The position numbers and the translations under genes were made by a program. The notes beneath the pieces were generated by a model, which did no database searches, was not told where the DNA came from, and saw only the letters and a program-made list of their open reading frames with translations. From contig OZ234493.1 of NCBI GenBank assembly GCA_965153455.1, forward strand, positions 15,552,213 through 15,616,212: a stretch of 64,000 bases of DNA. Direction: 5' to 3'. Source of the stretch: Sphagnum compactum. Taxonomy: Eukaryota. How positions within the stretch are numbered: position 1 is the first letter of the stretch; every line of letters starts with the position of its first letter. Positions 11,089-22,913 of this stretch are shown piece after piece.

Positions 11089-13075
11089 CATTAGAAGAAA
11101 TCTTGTAATATGTAACCATTCAGTTTGCAACTACATGTAACTACTTATCATTTGCAACTTTGTTTTATCAGTTTAACAATTAGTCACTGTCTTTTAAATT
11201 TTACGACTATTTTTGCGATTGTGGTGCATTATTAAATTACACATCCTTCCATATTGACTAGCTTCTTGGATTTTTCATCCAAGAATAAGCTCATATGTTC
11301 ATTTAATTGCAAAATTAAATGCAATTTGGTTACTTGTTATGGTGTGTTTATACATTTAATGTACACTAGGGTTTTGTGGACTACATTAAAAATATACTAT
11401 ATAAATTTTATTCAAGGTACATTAAATAATTATTAAGCTTATATAACATATTAAAATGCATCTAAATTATATTCAAAGTATATTAAACATATATATGACC
11501 ATATTATAAGCATATTGAAAAAAAATCATTTTGATAGTATGGTTCATTTAAAAATACACCACCTTTATTAATGTATGAATAAATTATAGTAGCAAGGTCA
11601 TCTTAATATGATATAATCATTGTATCAAAAAAGCATTAATTATCGATAAATTAATAGTTTTAAATAATTCTTTAATTAGTATAAAGTATGAACTAAATAA
11701 TTTTATTTAATCCTTTAATTATATTTTAACTAATACCAACTAATTAAATAATAATGTTTTATTAGTTACTTCAAAACTTTTTGTTGACTAATTAGATATT
11801 AAATTGTAAATTGATAAAATAATTCATCATTATTCATGAATTATTGATATTAATTAATTGATTAAGTAAGAATTGTAAAATAATAGTTAGTTAATTAGAA
11901 TTTATCTTATTTATATCCATAAAACAATAAGTTTATAAATAAATAATTTCTACAAAATATTTAGTTATTATGAAATAAATAATTATTCAGATAATAATTA
12001 AATGATTATTCCTTATTTAGTTCATTCTGAAATATATGATTAGTTCTAAAATATCTCAATAATCTGATTTAAGTAGTTAATCAAGAATTATCGTTAATAG
12101 CTAATGACTACTAATTAGTAAATATTTATTCAGCCAATGATGTATAACTAATAAACTATTCACAGATTAAATTGTCTAGTTACTATTAATGATTAATTAA
12201 AACTGATTTTTTTCCTTAATAAATAAATAGAATTCATAATATATAATGTTTGTTCTAATACTTAATTTTTAATTAGTTAATATGTATTCCATATAAAGAA
12301 GTAATTTATTTATTATTTAATTAATATTTATTAAACTATATGATATTTAAGATTTATTAATCAATAATTACGATTAATATCTAATAAATATTAATCAGTT
12401 AATATTAATGGTTTATTAAAACTGATTCAATATATACTAATTAAGTTAATAAGTTAGAAATTTATAGTTAATATTCAGGAATTACCAATTAGTTAGTAAT
12501 TTATTTTGTTAGATAATCAATTCATACCTAATTAATTTTTTAAAAATTAATTGATCACTAGCAATTAAATTTTTTAATTTTCAGAGGTATTAATAGTATT
12601 TTTGTTCAAGTTATTTAATAAATAGAAAATTATTATTTTAAAAGTAATTTCCAAATAATTAGATATATTAAAAACTTAAATGATTAATTTGTGGCTTGAT
12701 TAATTAATTGGATATTAAATAATTATTTTGTTGAAATAATTTACTATTAGTTTTGAATTATTATTATGAATCAATTGATTAGTTTTTGGAAACCATGAAA
12801 GAATAATGATCAATGTTAATTCTAAAATTATTAAAATAATTAAACAATAATACATACACTATGAGAAATTGCGTCCGCCTAAACCACACTACCTTACAAC
12901 TAAAACTAAAAAAACAACTCATATACAATTATTATGCAACTATCCCTTGGGTATTATAACTAATGTGCAACTATTCCCTTAAAAATATGATGTATTAATA
13001 AATAAATTGCGACTTTAGAAAATCAGTTAATTAAATTATAGTTGCAAGTGAATTGAAAATGGGTTTTCTGTACGA
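11089..13075. mobile_element. Possible old non-autonomous DNA transposon (CACTA-like ends) enclosing an extremely AT-rich core
   Basis: Left end CATTAGAAGAAA...CATTCAGTTTGCAACTA; right end TAGTTGCAAGTGAATTGAAAATGGGTTTTCTG is a loose inverse; TGCAACT motifs cluster at both ends. Confidence 0.3.
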
Positions 13076-14545
13076 TAATTTATACATATCGTACATACAT
13101 ATGTAATCAACCATGTTTGATTTTTTTAGGAGTTGCAATGTAATCGCATGTGGCAACTACTTTAAAACTATTATAAATGTGTGATTAAAGCAACGACTAT
13201 GTTATAATTAACATACAATGTACATACATGCGATCATGCCATGTGTCCACATCTCCACCACCCATTATGGGATACATTTGCAACTAGTTTTTTATTATGA
13301 TTTTTTCATTAATATGATTAGTATGGCCATTAATGCGCCACTATTAATGTATTAATATTTAACTATGTTATGATTACAATACAACTACTTATAACTTAAT
13401 AAAGATACATATTCATCAATTATTTACATCTTCATCATATGTGTTTCATTTTGAGTGATTTAAAATGTTATGGGAACATTACTTCAAGTTTTAAAAATAA
13501 TCTTTGAAGTGCAAAGGAAAATGAGTAATGAAAAAATAACAAAAAAAAAAAAAACTTTCCAACTTACAATTTTTTTTTTTTTTTTTCTTTGGACCTCTCC
13601 TATTTTCAAACCTCATAAATTTCTTATTTCTTATTCATTTAAAATGATTTAAATTGTTATAGAAACGCCACCTAAAGTTTTACAAATCATCTTAGAACTC
13701 TAACAACAATAGAACAACATATAAGGAATTTTGTGGGTGTTTGGGAACCAACCTTTGTAACATTTGGTGGTTTGTTTTTTTGAGATCTTGACCCCCTCTA
13801 GTTTGGGGCCATAACTTTCTCAAATTTATTATGTTTTTGATGATTTTTAGTGTAGAGATGTGCCAATAAAAAAGGTTCAAGTGTTTTTTAGACAACAAAA
13901 ATAATGGAGCACTCCCCTTGAATCTGACCTATCTGAACATTTGATTGTTATAATTACAATTCAATTACAATTAATAAACAACTAAAAGATTTAACCCATA
14001 TGCTCTGTCTTTGAATCTCATGTTATAAACTATATAAAGAAGGCTTGTTCTCTTATGTTCTCACATTAAAATACATGTGTCATTTTGGGATGAATTGAAA
14101 AAAGTTTAACATAAAAACAAAATTAAAATTAAAAAAAAATCATAATTATTTTTTAGTGCACTTAATTTTGTGTTTTCCTACCTACTTACCTACATATGTA
14201 AGTAGGTAGGTAAGTAGGTCCTAGGTAAATAGGTAGATATGTAAGTCTTGAAACCTCCCAACCTACCTACCTATGGTTATGTACGACGTACCTAACTACT
14301 AAAATACATATGTTTATTTTGATTTATAGGGCTTTTCTTAGAACCCTTCAAAGTAAGTATGTGACCAAGAGATGGGGAAGGAAGTTTCCATCTATGCGTC
14401 CTCTTCATCAACTGTTTCAGTATGACTACTTCCAACCTCCCTTCATAAACAGTTAGCCTCTGAACGGTTCTTGTAAAGTCATTTTTTGGGGGTTCTTCTT
14501 TTCAAAAGAAGTGAGAGAGCACAAACAGTGCCCCTCCTTTGTATA

Positions 14546-14789
14546 ATGGTGCATTCACACTTGCTGTTAAGTCGGTGTTAAATGAAAATCTAGGTAGCAT
14601 CCTAGGTGGCATGCAATGTTAAATAGGTGATAGCTTAATGTTAAGTGAATGTTAACTTAACATAAAATTTTCATGGTAGGTTAAGCAAGATTAAGTCCTA
14701 AACGACTAGCATGATGTTAGGGGACTTGACTAGCATGATGTTAGGGGACTTAACACTAGACTTCCTAACACCAAGTGTGAATACACCTT
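14546..14789. mobile_element. MITE (~245 bp) with ~25-bp terminal inverted repeats
   Basis: Left ATGGTGCATTCACACTTGCTGTTA versus reverse complement of right AAGGTGTATTCACACTTGGTGTTA; flanked by TA (or TAA/TTA); internal 24-bp tandem duplication GACTAGCATGATGTTAGGGGACTT. Confidence 0.75.
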
Positions 14790-15369
14790 TACTTGCCTAC
14801 AATACGTATCCCACTTATACATAGGTAGTTGTTACCTTGGTATTGTGAGGGGGAAGCACGAGGGTTTACATAATAGGTTACCAAGGTGAACCCTTAGTAA
14901 CTCAGATGTGATTCATCCATAATCGACCAAGTCATCACATGGTTCCAATAGATAGAGGTGATCAATGGGTGCTGGGTCACATAATCCAAACATGTCTTTC
15001 AAGACATCAGAGTTGAAAGTTCCCAAAATGTAAAATCTTACACCACCATATTTTCTTACTCTCAAATCCATCAAAATGTGTTGTAGAACCATTTGTCAAT
15101 AGAGTTACTCTTCATGTGATGTGCATTTTTGTACCCCAATGAATTCTAGTTTTTGCCCAATCATTCATTCATTCATTCATTCAAAAGCCAAAAAAATTCA
15201 GAATGCATCCATCACAAAATATTGTCAAATTCAGATGGCACATACCATCAAATTTTCCTACACTCATGAAGTGGGAATCAAAAAATAAAAATAAAAATTT
15301 GAATTATTATTTTTCAATAGAAAATACCCAGCCTTCAAATGATTTATTTTGGTCCAACAATCCTAAAAT

Positions 15370-15501
15370 TTCATCCATCATGGTTCATTCAATTGAAAGG
15401 CAAACATGATATTCATCCATCATGGTTCATTCAATTGAAAGGCAAACATGATATTTCATCCATCATGGTTCATTCAATTGAAAGGCAAACATGATATTCA
15501 T
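15370..15501. repeat. Tandem repeat, 42-43 bp x3, near identical
   Basis: TTCATCCATCATGGTTCATTCAATTGAAAGGCAAACATGATA repeated three times. Confidence 0.95.
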
Positions 15502-15540
15502 GACCAAGCTTGTGCAATGCAAGCTTCTTCTTATTATGAG

Positions 15541-16350
15541 AGGTAGGTAAGTAGATAAGTAAGTAGGATATTACTAGGTGACTAGTTAACTTCATAGGTT
15601 GGTAAGTAGGTAGGATGGTAGGTAACAACTACTAGATTAAGTGGATGCATATAGATGGTTAGCATGTTGGTAAGGGCTATGGGTTGTTAGTAGGTAGGTA
15701 GTAAAAACAGAAAATGAGCCTAGGGTTGGATTATAGGTGGCCACTTACCTATGTAGGTTGATAGATAAGTAGGTAGGATATTATTAGGTGGGTAATTAAC
15801 TTCGTAGGTTGGTAAGTAGGTAGGATGGTAGGTAACAACTACTAGATTAAGTGGATGCATGTAAGATGGTTAGCAGGTCGGGAAGGGCTATGTCTTGTTA
15901 GTAGGTAGGTAGTAAAAACAGGAAACGAGCCTAGGGTAGGATTATAGGTGGGTCACTTACCTGCGTAGGTTGATAGGTAGGTAAGTACGATATTATTAGG
16001 TGGGTAATGAACTTCGTAGGTTGGTAAGTAGGTAGGATGATAGGTAGCAACTACTAGATTAAGTGGATGCATGTAGATGGTTAGCAGTTGGGGAAGGGCT
16101 ATGTATTTGTTAGTAAGTAGGTAGTAAAAACAAAAACTGACCTTAGGGTAGGATAAATAGGTGGCCACTAACCTGTGTGGGTGGGTAGGTAGGTAGGTAG
16201 GTAGGTAGGTAGGAGAATAGGTGGCTAGGTCTAGATTAAGTGGATGCTTCTAGATGATTAGACCATATTGGGTTGTTAAGTGTATACATGTAGCTGATGG
16301 TTAGTAGGTATGTAAGGGCTTGTGGGTTGTTAGTAGGTAGGTAAGTAATT
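15541..16350. repeat. Satellite-like tandem repeat, ~210 bp x ~3.5, TAGG-rich, including a (TAGG)n run
   Basis: CTAGATTAAGTGGATGC recurs at ~15632, 15842, 16054 and 16231; strong G/C strand skew. Confidence 0.9.
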
Positions 16351-16974
16351 AAAACCCTAAACCCTTTGGACTTTGTACGCAGCGTGTGCACTTGCAAAGT
16401 GGTGCCGAAGTGAGAGAGTCCAGTTCACCACCTTCGTGAGCAGATTCTCGTGGATGGGGGGACAAGGAATTCGGGATTGCAACAGCGGGGTTGCTGGACA
16501 TGATCCGCAGTGTTGAGTCCTCACAATTTGATATTCACGCTGACAGACAGCTGAGAGTTTTGCTATAAAACCTTACTCAACACAGAGTCCACTGACAAAG
16601 AGACTGCAAGTCCATTGCTGTAGTCCATTGCTGCATGATCAGTACGTTTTACTATTTTGTAGATTTCTGGGTCTCATTCTTTTAGATGGCAACAAAGCTG
16701 TAATTCATGGGTTGTTCTTTCAGACTGTGTTTCTTGAGGTTTGATGGGGTTGGGTGATTGTGATCTTGCTGCTGATCAATCGGGCCATACAGACAGAACT
16801 GGAAGATATAGATCTATTTCTCATGATCTTCAGTTAAGATGCATTTTGCAGTACTTGGGTGTCAGCAGCTCACAAATGACCAGGAATTGTGTTTTTCTTT
16901 TCCAAGACTGCATGTCTCATGCTAAATTCCTGATTGACTGCTGATCATCAAGTCATCTGATTTTTTTGCTGCAG

Positions 16975-19900
16975 CTGAACAAGAAATTTAAGCAAATCAT
17001 AGAGACCATCCATCCATCCATTACCTTCTCAAATTCACACCATGGTGCCACCAATCACAGTTACAAGGTATATCTCAGAAAAACCTAATTAGCTCCAGCA
17101 GCTCCATGTGTGTGATCACATATGTGTCCAGTATTTGATCACCCTAGTATCATCAAGCTGGTTTGACATTAAGGTGCCTAATACGATAATGTGATGGATG
17201 GGCATCTTCCATAGAAGTGCATGCATCGAGATAAGAAGTTTTAGATCCAATAAGGGAAGTTTTTTAGTTTGAACCTTCTGTGAAGGGCAGAGTCATTTTG
17301 CTATGAGCTGCTTGCTACATGGATTGTTATCTTGGATTGGGTTGGTGGTGAGGGACAATTTGCAGCCAGCAGATTCCTGAAGTCTTGAACTCCAAGTTGG
17401 AGTATCGCCCAGCTCTTTTTGATGGCTCAACCATGTGATCAATTTTTACATACTTGAATCATGGATCCATGAAAGTGAGCATTTTTTGTCCAAGCTTTGC
17501 ACATTGCAACAGACACTGCAAGTCGATACTTTTGGCCTTTGTTCGTTCCAGAATCTCATTTGTATATTTATCCACATTTACAAATTTCTCAAAGATAACA
17601 ACTTAATCAGCTTCTAGGGTGATGTAAAAATCAAATCCTGAAAAAGAAAAAGAAAATACATTAAACTCCATGCTACCATTGACAAACACATTTATGAATT
17701 TTTTGGGTAGAAATATTGATGAACTGAAGTTAGCGGGTAATCTCATAATCTCTACACCAGACATTATCTGGAGCAGGATTAGAAGTACTGATCAATTCCA
17801 AGGCAAGGTGGAAGTTCCTGTCAGGTTCACAAATTCAACACAACCTGCATAGTGGGGAAAGGCAAGTATTTCACCATCTTAAATTTTGCAAACTTATTAT
17901 TTATACTAAATTCATGGTTTATTCTGCTCAAAATCAATTCACGGGATCTGTGTTTCTAAACATTATGTGGGTTGTTCTGAACAGACTGTATTACAACTGT
18001 TGAGTGTATATGCACAATATGTCTGAATTGCTTGCAATTGCAAGGTAGGTAATATATGTTTTCACAAATTAGCATGGATTATGAACTAACAGCAGAAATG
18101 GACAAATGAGGAGTGTTGATTGTGGAGCACTGTGTGGTTGCTGAATGTGGCTCTAGCTGCTTGTACATCTACTTAAAAGAATTAGGTTATTTACCCTGAT
18201 GTGAATCTACTCTTGGCCATGTAATCAATGATGTAAGGTATAGAATATGACGTAATGGTCCACAACAAATTCACAGTTAGGTTTCTGCAATCGATAAGCA
18301 CAAGAAGAAATGAATTGAAAACCACCTGTTTATGTGATCTGTTATGGGGATTTGCTGACTAATCCACTCGGTTCATTTTGCAGATAGATTAGTTTGCAGG
18401 GAATCACTGATGATAGGTGGTGTGCACAGGGTTTGGATGAGCAAATAGAGTGTGTGGCAATCAGTGTTGCTGACAAGCCTGTTTGGTTCACAGAGAAACT
18501 TCATCCTGTTGGCAAAGTAAGTAAAATACTTAATTTGCACTTCATTGCTTCTGGGTGTTCTACTATGAAGAAATTTGAAATAATTTCCAATTTCCAATCA
18601 TCAGCGCAATTTGAACTTTGTGAAAACTCTTGGCCTGATTTTCATACTTCTGCTATCTATTGGAGAGGATAGGTTCCTGTACTGGAGCATAATGGCAAAG
18701 TGAAGGGGGAAAACTTGGACTTGCTTAAGTACCTCGACCAAGAATTCAGAGGGCCAACCATCAGACCAACTGTGTGTCTGTCTACTAACTCTTGCTTTAA
18801 AATTTGTGTATCCCTAGAGATTTACTTCTTTGTCATCCTGGAATGCTAAAAAGAATGCCATCATCCTTGATAATACATCTTAAAATATGTCCTAACAAGA
18901 ATGTCATCAACCTTGATAATACATCTTCAAATATGTGCTAACAAGAATGTCATCAATCTTGATGTCATTACATCTTGGAATATGTGAAAGACTCATGATG
19001 GGTAGATCACATTATTCACAGAATGCTTTGTATATGAAGTTGCAGTTTCATAAACCATGACTCCTCCCCAGATGATGAAAGTGCCACGAGCAAGTGACAA
19101 AAAAGAAGGCAACTTAGCAAATGAAAAACACATTTTTTATGATTGAAAATGCACAAGAATTATAGTCATGTATTATTATGGATGGTGCGCCTGCTTGGAT
19201 GATAACAGGACAAGGACAAGAAAGAGGCAGCTACAGAACTATTGAAGTATGATCTTACCTTCTAAGAAGCTTGGTGTGAAGGAATCAACTACTATGATGC
19301 TACCACAGCTGATATAGACCATGCTGTAGGTAGGCACTCTGTCCATTCTCCTCCTATTATCCTTGTTTTGCAGTTTTTCTTCACTTGTTTGAAACGAGAC
19401 TCAAATTTTGCTAAGAATTTGGGAGCACGTTGTTATGATGTCATGTTTCAAAACTTGAAGGTTGTCTCTTACTGACAATTGAAGCTTTCAGAAAGAGCCT
19501 GAAAGAAAGGAGTTGGTCCTCTTTGTCCAAATGTGATGCTTTCTCTTCTCATTATTTCTGCCCTATATATTGCGTCCAGTGCTTGATTGGAGAATGCACT
19601 TGGTAGATTTGCCAATGAAGGACCATTCTTCCTTGGACAATTTAGCTTGGTGAGGATTGGATTGCGGGGTTTTCATTTTTTTCTTTCATCTTTCAGTGAG
19701 TCTTTTTGCATAAATCTTTTGCAAATCATTTAATGCTAGAAAATTGCTTGCATGAAAAGATTTTCTGGAAAAAAGATTACTGTTGATCTTCAGGTAGTTT
19801 GTATATGAATATGTGCTTGTTTTGTGTGGTGGGTTGACATGGCATATGCCCCTTTCATTGAAAGATTTCAGCTTGCCTTTTCCAGATGTTCTGGTGTGAA

Positions 19901-20228
19901 GTTCGATATCACAGCCAACTGAACAAACCTTGCAAAGTGGATCAAGATGACTTTTTATTCATCCCCTTTTTGCTTTGGCCAACCAAGTTTTGTGCAAATG
20001 AGACTTACAAAACTGCTGTCAATGCTACCAAACTACTCTCTACACTATACAGCTGCTTCCCTCTTCCTTTGTCTGGTTATATTGGGATCTGTATATAATG
20101 AGCAAAAACCAATGTGGACTTGTAAACAGGCTATCAATTCTTTGGATGCATATACCAGAACCAAGCTTGAGAACGGATTGGTTGATAAATTCAAGAATCT
20201 GTTGGTGAGTAATTTCCTGCCTTTGTGA
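16975..20228 (+). pseudogene. GSTL: Lambda-class glutathione transferase (GSTL/IN2-1-like) unprocessed pseudogene
   Basis: Exons ~17985-18044 (LYY..YAQYV*IACNCK ~ LYISYTCPFAQRVWIARNYK), 18430-18516 (GLDEQIECVAISVADKPVWFTEKLHPVGK), 18673-18771 (VPVLEHNGKVKGENLDLLKYLDQEFRGP), ~19209-19330 (in-frame TAA), ~19575-19649 (ENALGRFANEGPFFLGQFSL), ~19833-19946 (VDMAYAPFIERFQ..; frameshift and lost donor) and from 20130 (AINSLDAYTRTK). Multiple disabling lesions, including the catalytic CPxA motif. Confidence 0.85.
18850..18986. repeat. Tandem repeat ~46 bp x3 in a GSTL pseudogene intron
   Basis: AAGAATGTCATCAACCTTGATAATACATCTT.AAATATGT repeated three times. Confidence 0.85.
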
Positions 20229-22190
20229 AATTGAGAGACTCTTTATACGCAAAGTCTTTATTTACAATATGGAAAGGAATATGTAAGAAGATGAGCAATA
20301 ATTATGGCTTGGGTCTTTACCAACTGGCTGCTGTTGGAACTCTGCATCTTCATGACTGCTTCCATTCACTCTGTTATTGAAGTCTCCATACAATACATCA
20401 TCTAGCCATTGGTACTCCACATTTTTATGACTGCTTCCATTGAGTACTTGATATTGAAATCTCCACATAATAAACCAACAAAAACAATTTAGTTTAGTTC
20501 ATGCAAGAAGTAAGATGGAAACTCACCTCCGCCAAAAACTCTGAGAGATACACCAATGGTACCCTAGTGTGAAAATGCATTTCACATATGTTCCAGGGAC
20601 TGATGTTGCTCAGAATCCTGGGATCAAATCCTTTTGTAACAAGGGTGTCTGTGCCTGCAGAAGAAGCATTACTTCACACCCATATCTAAATAGAGCAAAA
20701 CTGGTGCAACACTGCCTCTGGCTACAAAGCAATGGTTCAGGATATGTGTTGACAGTCAAATGCGAGGAGGGTTATAGTGGAAATTCATCACCTTATATGG
20801 AGGCCAACTGGCTTATACTGCCAAGATTAAGCGGACAAATAAACTAGAAAAACTGCATCCAGAAGGCTTTTACATGATCATGGAGAATGCAGGAATTATA
20901 TGTGAAAAAGAACCATGAGGGAATTTTGAGATTATTTACAAGAGAAGAATGTGAATATGAATGATAACTATACTTTAGAAGGATCTATAAACCTCACATG
21001 CATATGACTGAACTTTGTGACTGGAATCAGATTAATAGGAAGGTGTCAGTTTCTACATCAGCAGATTGCGGCAATAAAACTGATTAAAATTCATACCATT
21101 ATGGCTTTCTCATAGGTGTTTCTAAAGTGTTGGATAGAGGCTGCTCACCCATAGACTCCTGTACACAATGAAACCAGCAATGTGAAGGCAGAGATCAGCT
21201 TCTTCGAATAGGGCCCCACTGTGAAGCCTAGTTGTTAACCTTCAAAAGTCAGGTACATCTACCTGCAACAACTACCCATGATTTGACCACTAGAGAAATG
21301 CAGACCTGCACATCATTAACCACAATTCCTAGCTGTCTGCCATCCTGACACAACATCAAGCTGAAACTAACATGGGTCAGAGCCCAAGTCCTGCATACCC
21401 ATCCCTGGAATTGGATAGTGTCTTGGAAATGCTGGAAGGCCCCAACAATTGAGTTCCTTGCAACAGAAATCTACAAAATCTAATGCCCAGCCTAACAGCC
21501 AGACAATCCACCAGAGATGCATCATCTCACTCATGGTTCAGATCCTGAAACACCTAGACAGCCTTAAAAAAATCCCATCACATGCACCATAAAAATTTCA
21601 TGCAGCAGGCCATTATTCTGCAGACATTCTGTGAAGGCGAATAAGAATGCACTTATGGGAATGGAAATCTCTTTGGAATTTGATGCCCTTGGGATTCAAG
21701 GCATCCGAATAGAATTGTACAAAAGTAAAGCAAAGAGTACATATTACAATACAAAGCATTGAATGAAGACAATGGAACACTGCAGGGAACTCGCAAATTA
21801 TATGACTGTTCATAGAGAGGTGAAAAACTCATTAGGAACACAGCCATTACCCATGCCATGCTCTGTTGCTCATGATCAGCAACAGTTTCTTGTGCACACA
21901 TTGAGCCCAGTGTGCAGATTTCAGAAATCACTATCTGGTCCAAGAAAGCCATGAATGGGTCCCTGCTCGAGCCCTCAGTGGCATAGGATCTTTCAATCTG
22001 TACTGCACCTTAGTTTGTGGATAGGTTCATCTCAACTGATATAAACAAAGTGGCAACAAAATCCCCAGCACGTCCAGCTTGTCTGCAGGAGGTGGGCATG
22101 TTGTAAATGGATTTTTTTTTTGCCATTGTCACCAAACTGGAAAGCTTCACAGTTGACAACCTCTTTGTTACTCTTCTCCAAATCTTTTGG

Positions 22191-22913
22191 TTAGTGAGTC
22201 CATCTCCAGAAGACTATCACAATGATAATGGTGACAAGCATCCCGACATACGCCACCCATTTGTCCATGAGCTGCCGCCTTTCAATCACTCTCATCACTG
22301 AATTCCCCAACCCCACAGTATTCAATACATCATAGGCTTTGCGCTGAGCTTGCTTGAGTCGATCCCGTTGGATGGCATACTGGGCAAGCACAGCAGTCCC
22401 AGTTGAAAAAGCATCATCCAGCAAGCGGGAAGAGTTGCGTACAGATTGCATGGATTGAGCTTCCTCGTCATACACCTGTAAGACCTGAGCTCCATCTCCT
22501 CTTGTTCTCTTGAAGAGTTCAGCTCGTTCCTGAGCCTCCATTTGCCGACGACGCTGGCGACCCTGGTAGTTCTCCAGCCCTGCTTTCAAAGCCTCCACTT
22601 CCTCTGCCACTTGCTCCACCTTGCGCTTCCACAGATCACGAGGCCCTTTAGGTATGATCTGCCTCCACAAGCGATCCATTTCTGTGCTCCACACTTGCAG
22701 CTGCCCTAGCTCATTTTTCACTCGCTGTGCAAGGTCTGGCGCCACAACAAGGGGCCCTTCCTGCCCCACTCCCACTCCGCCTCTGAAGCTAGGACTCGGC
22801 TGCTGCTGCTGCTGTCCTGACGATTCCAAACGCTCCAACCTTTCCAGTCCATCACGCACCTGCAACAATGTATGGCGAGCCTGAGCGTACACATCAGATA
22901 GCGTGGCTGCCAT
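22191..22913 (-). CDS. MEMB11: Membrin (Bos1/GOSR2-type Golgi Qb-SNARE), 240 aa, single coding exon
   Basis: TLSDVYAQARHTLLQVRDGLERLERLE N-terminus, RDLWKRKVEQVAEE, SNARE motif QRDRLKQAQRKAYDVLNTVGL..VMRVIERR, and C-terminal TM anchor followed by WRWTH. Confidence 0.95.
   Translation of the reverse strand: MAATLSDVYAQARHTLLQVRDGLERLERLESSGQQQQQPSPSFRGGVGVGQEGPLVVAPDLAQRVKNELGQLQVWSTEMDRLWRQIIPKGPRDLWKRKVEQVAEEVEALKAGLENYQGRQRRRQMEAQERAELFKRTRGDGAQVLQVYDEEAQSMQSVRNSSRLLDDAFSTGTAVLAQYAIQRDRLKQAQRKAYDVLNTVGLGNSVMRVIERRQLMDKWVAYVGMLVTIIIVIVFWRWTH

Noticed and set aside
15370-15501. Short regular repeats (also 59469-59752 and 62695-62846) as CRISPR-like arrays
   Set aside because: Head-to-tail tandem copies without unique spacers, eukaryotic context, no cas genes.
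20300-21950. Additional gene between the GSTL pseudogene and membrin
   Set aside because: Only short ORFs without homology and scattered splice-like words; contains a ~77-bp duplication (~20340-20475). May be 3'-UTR sequence.
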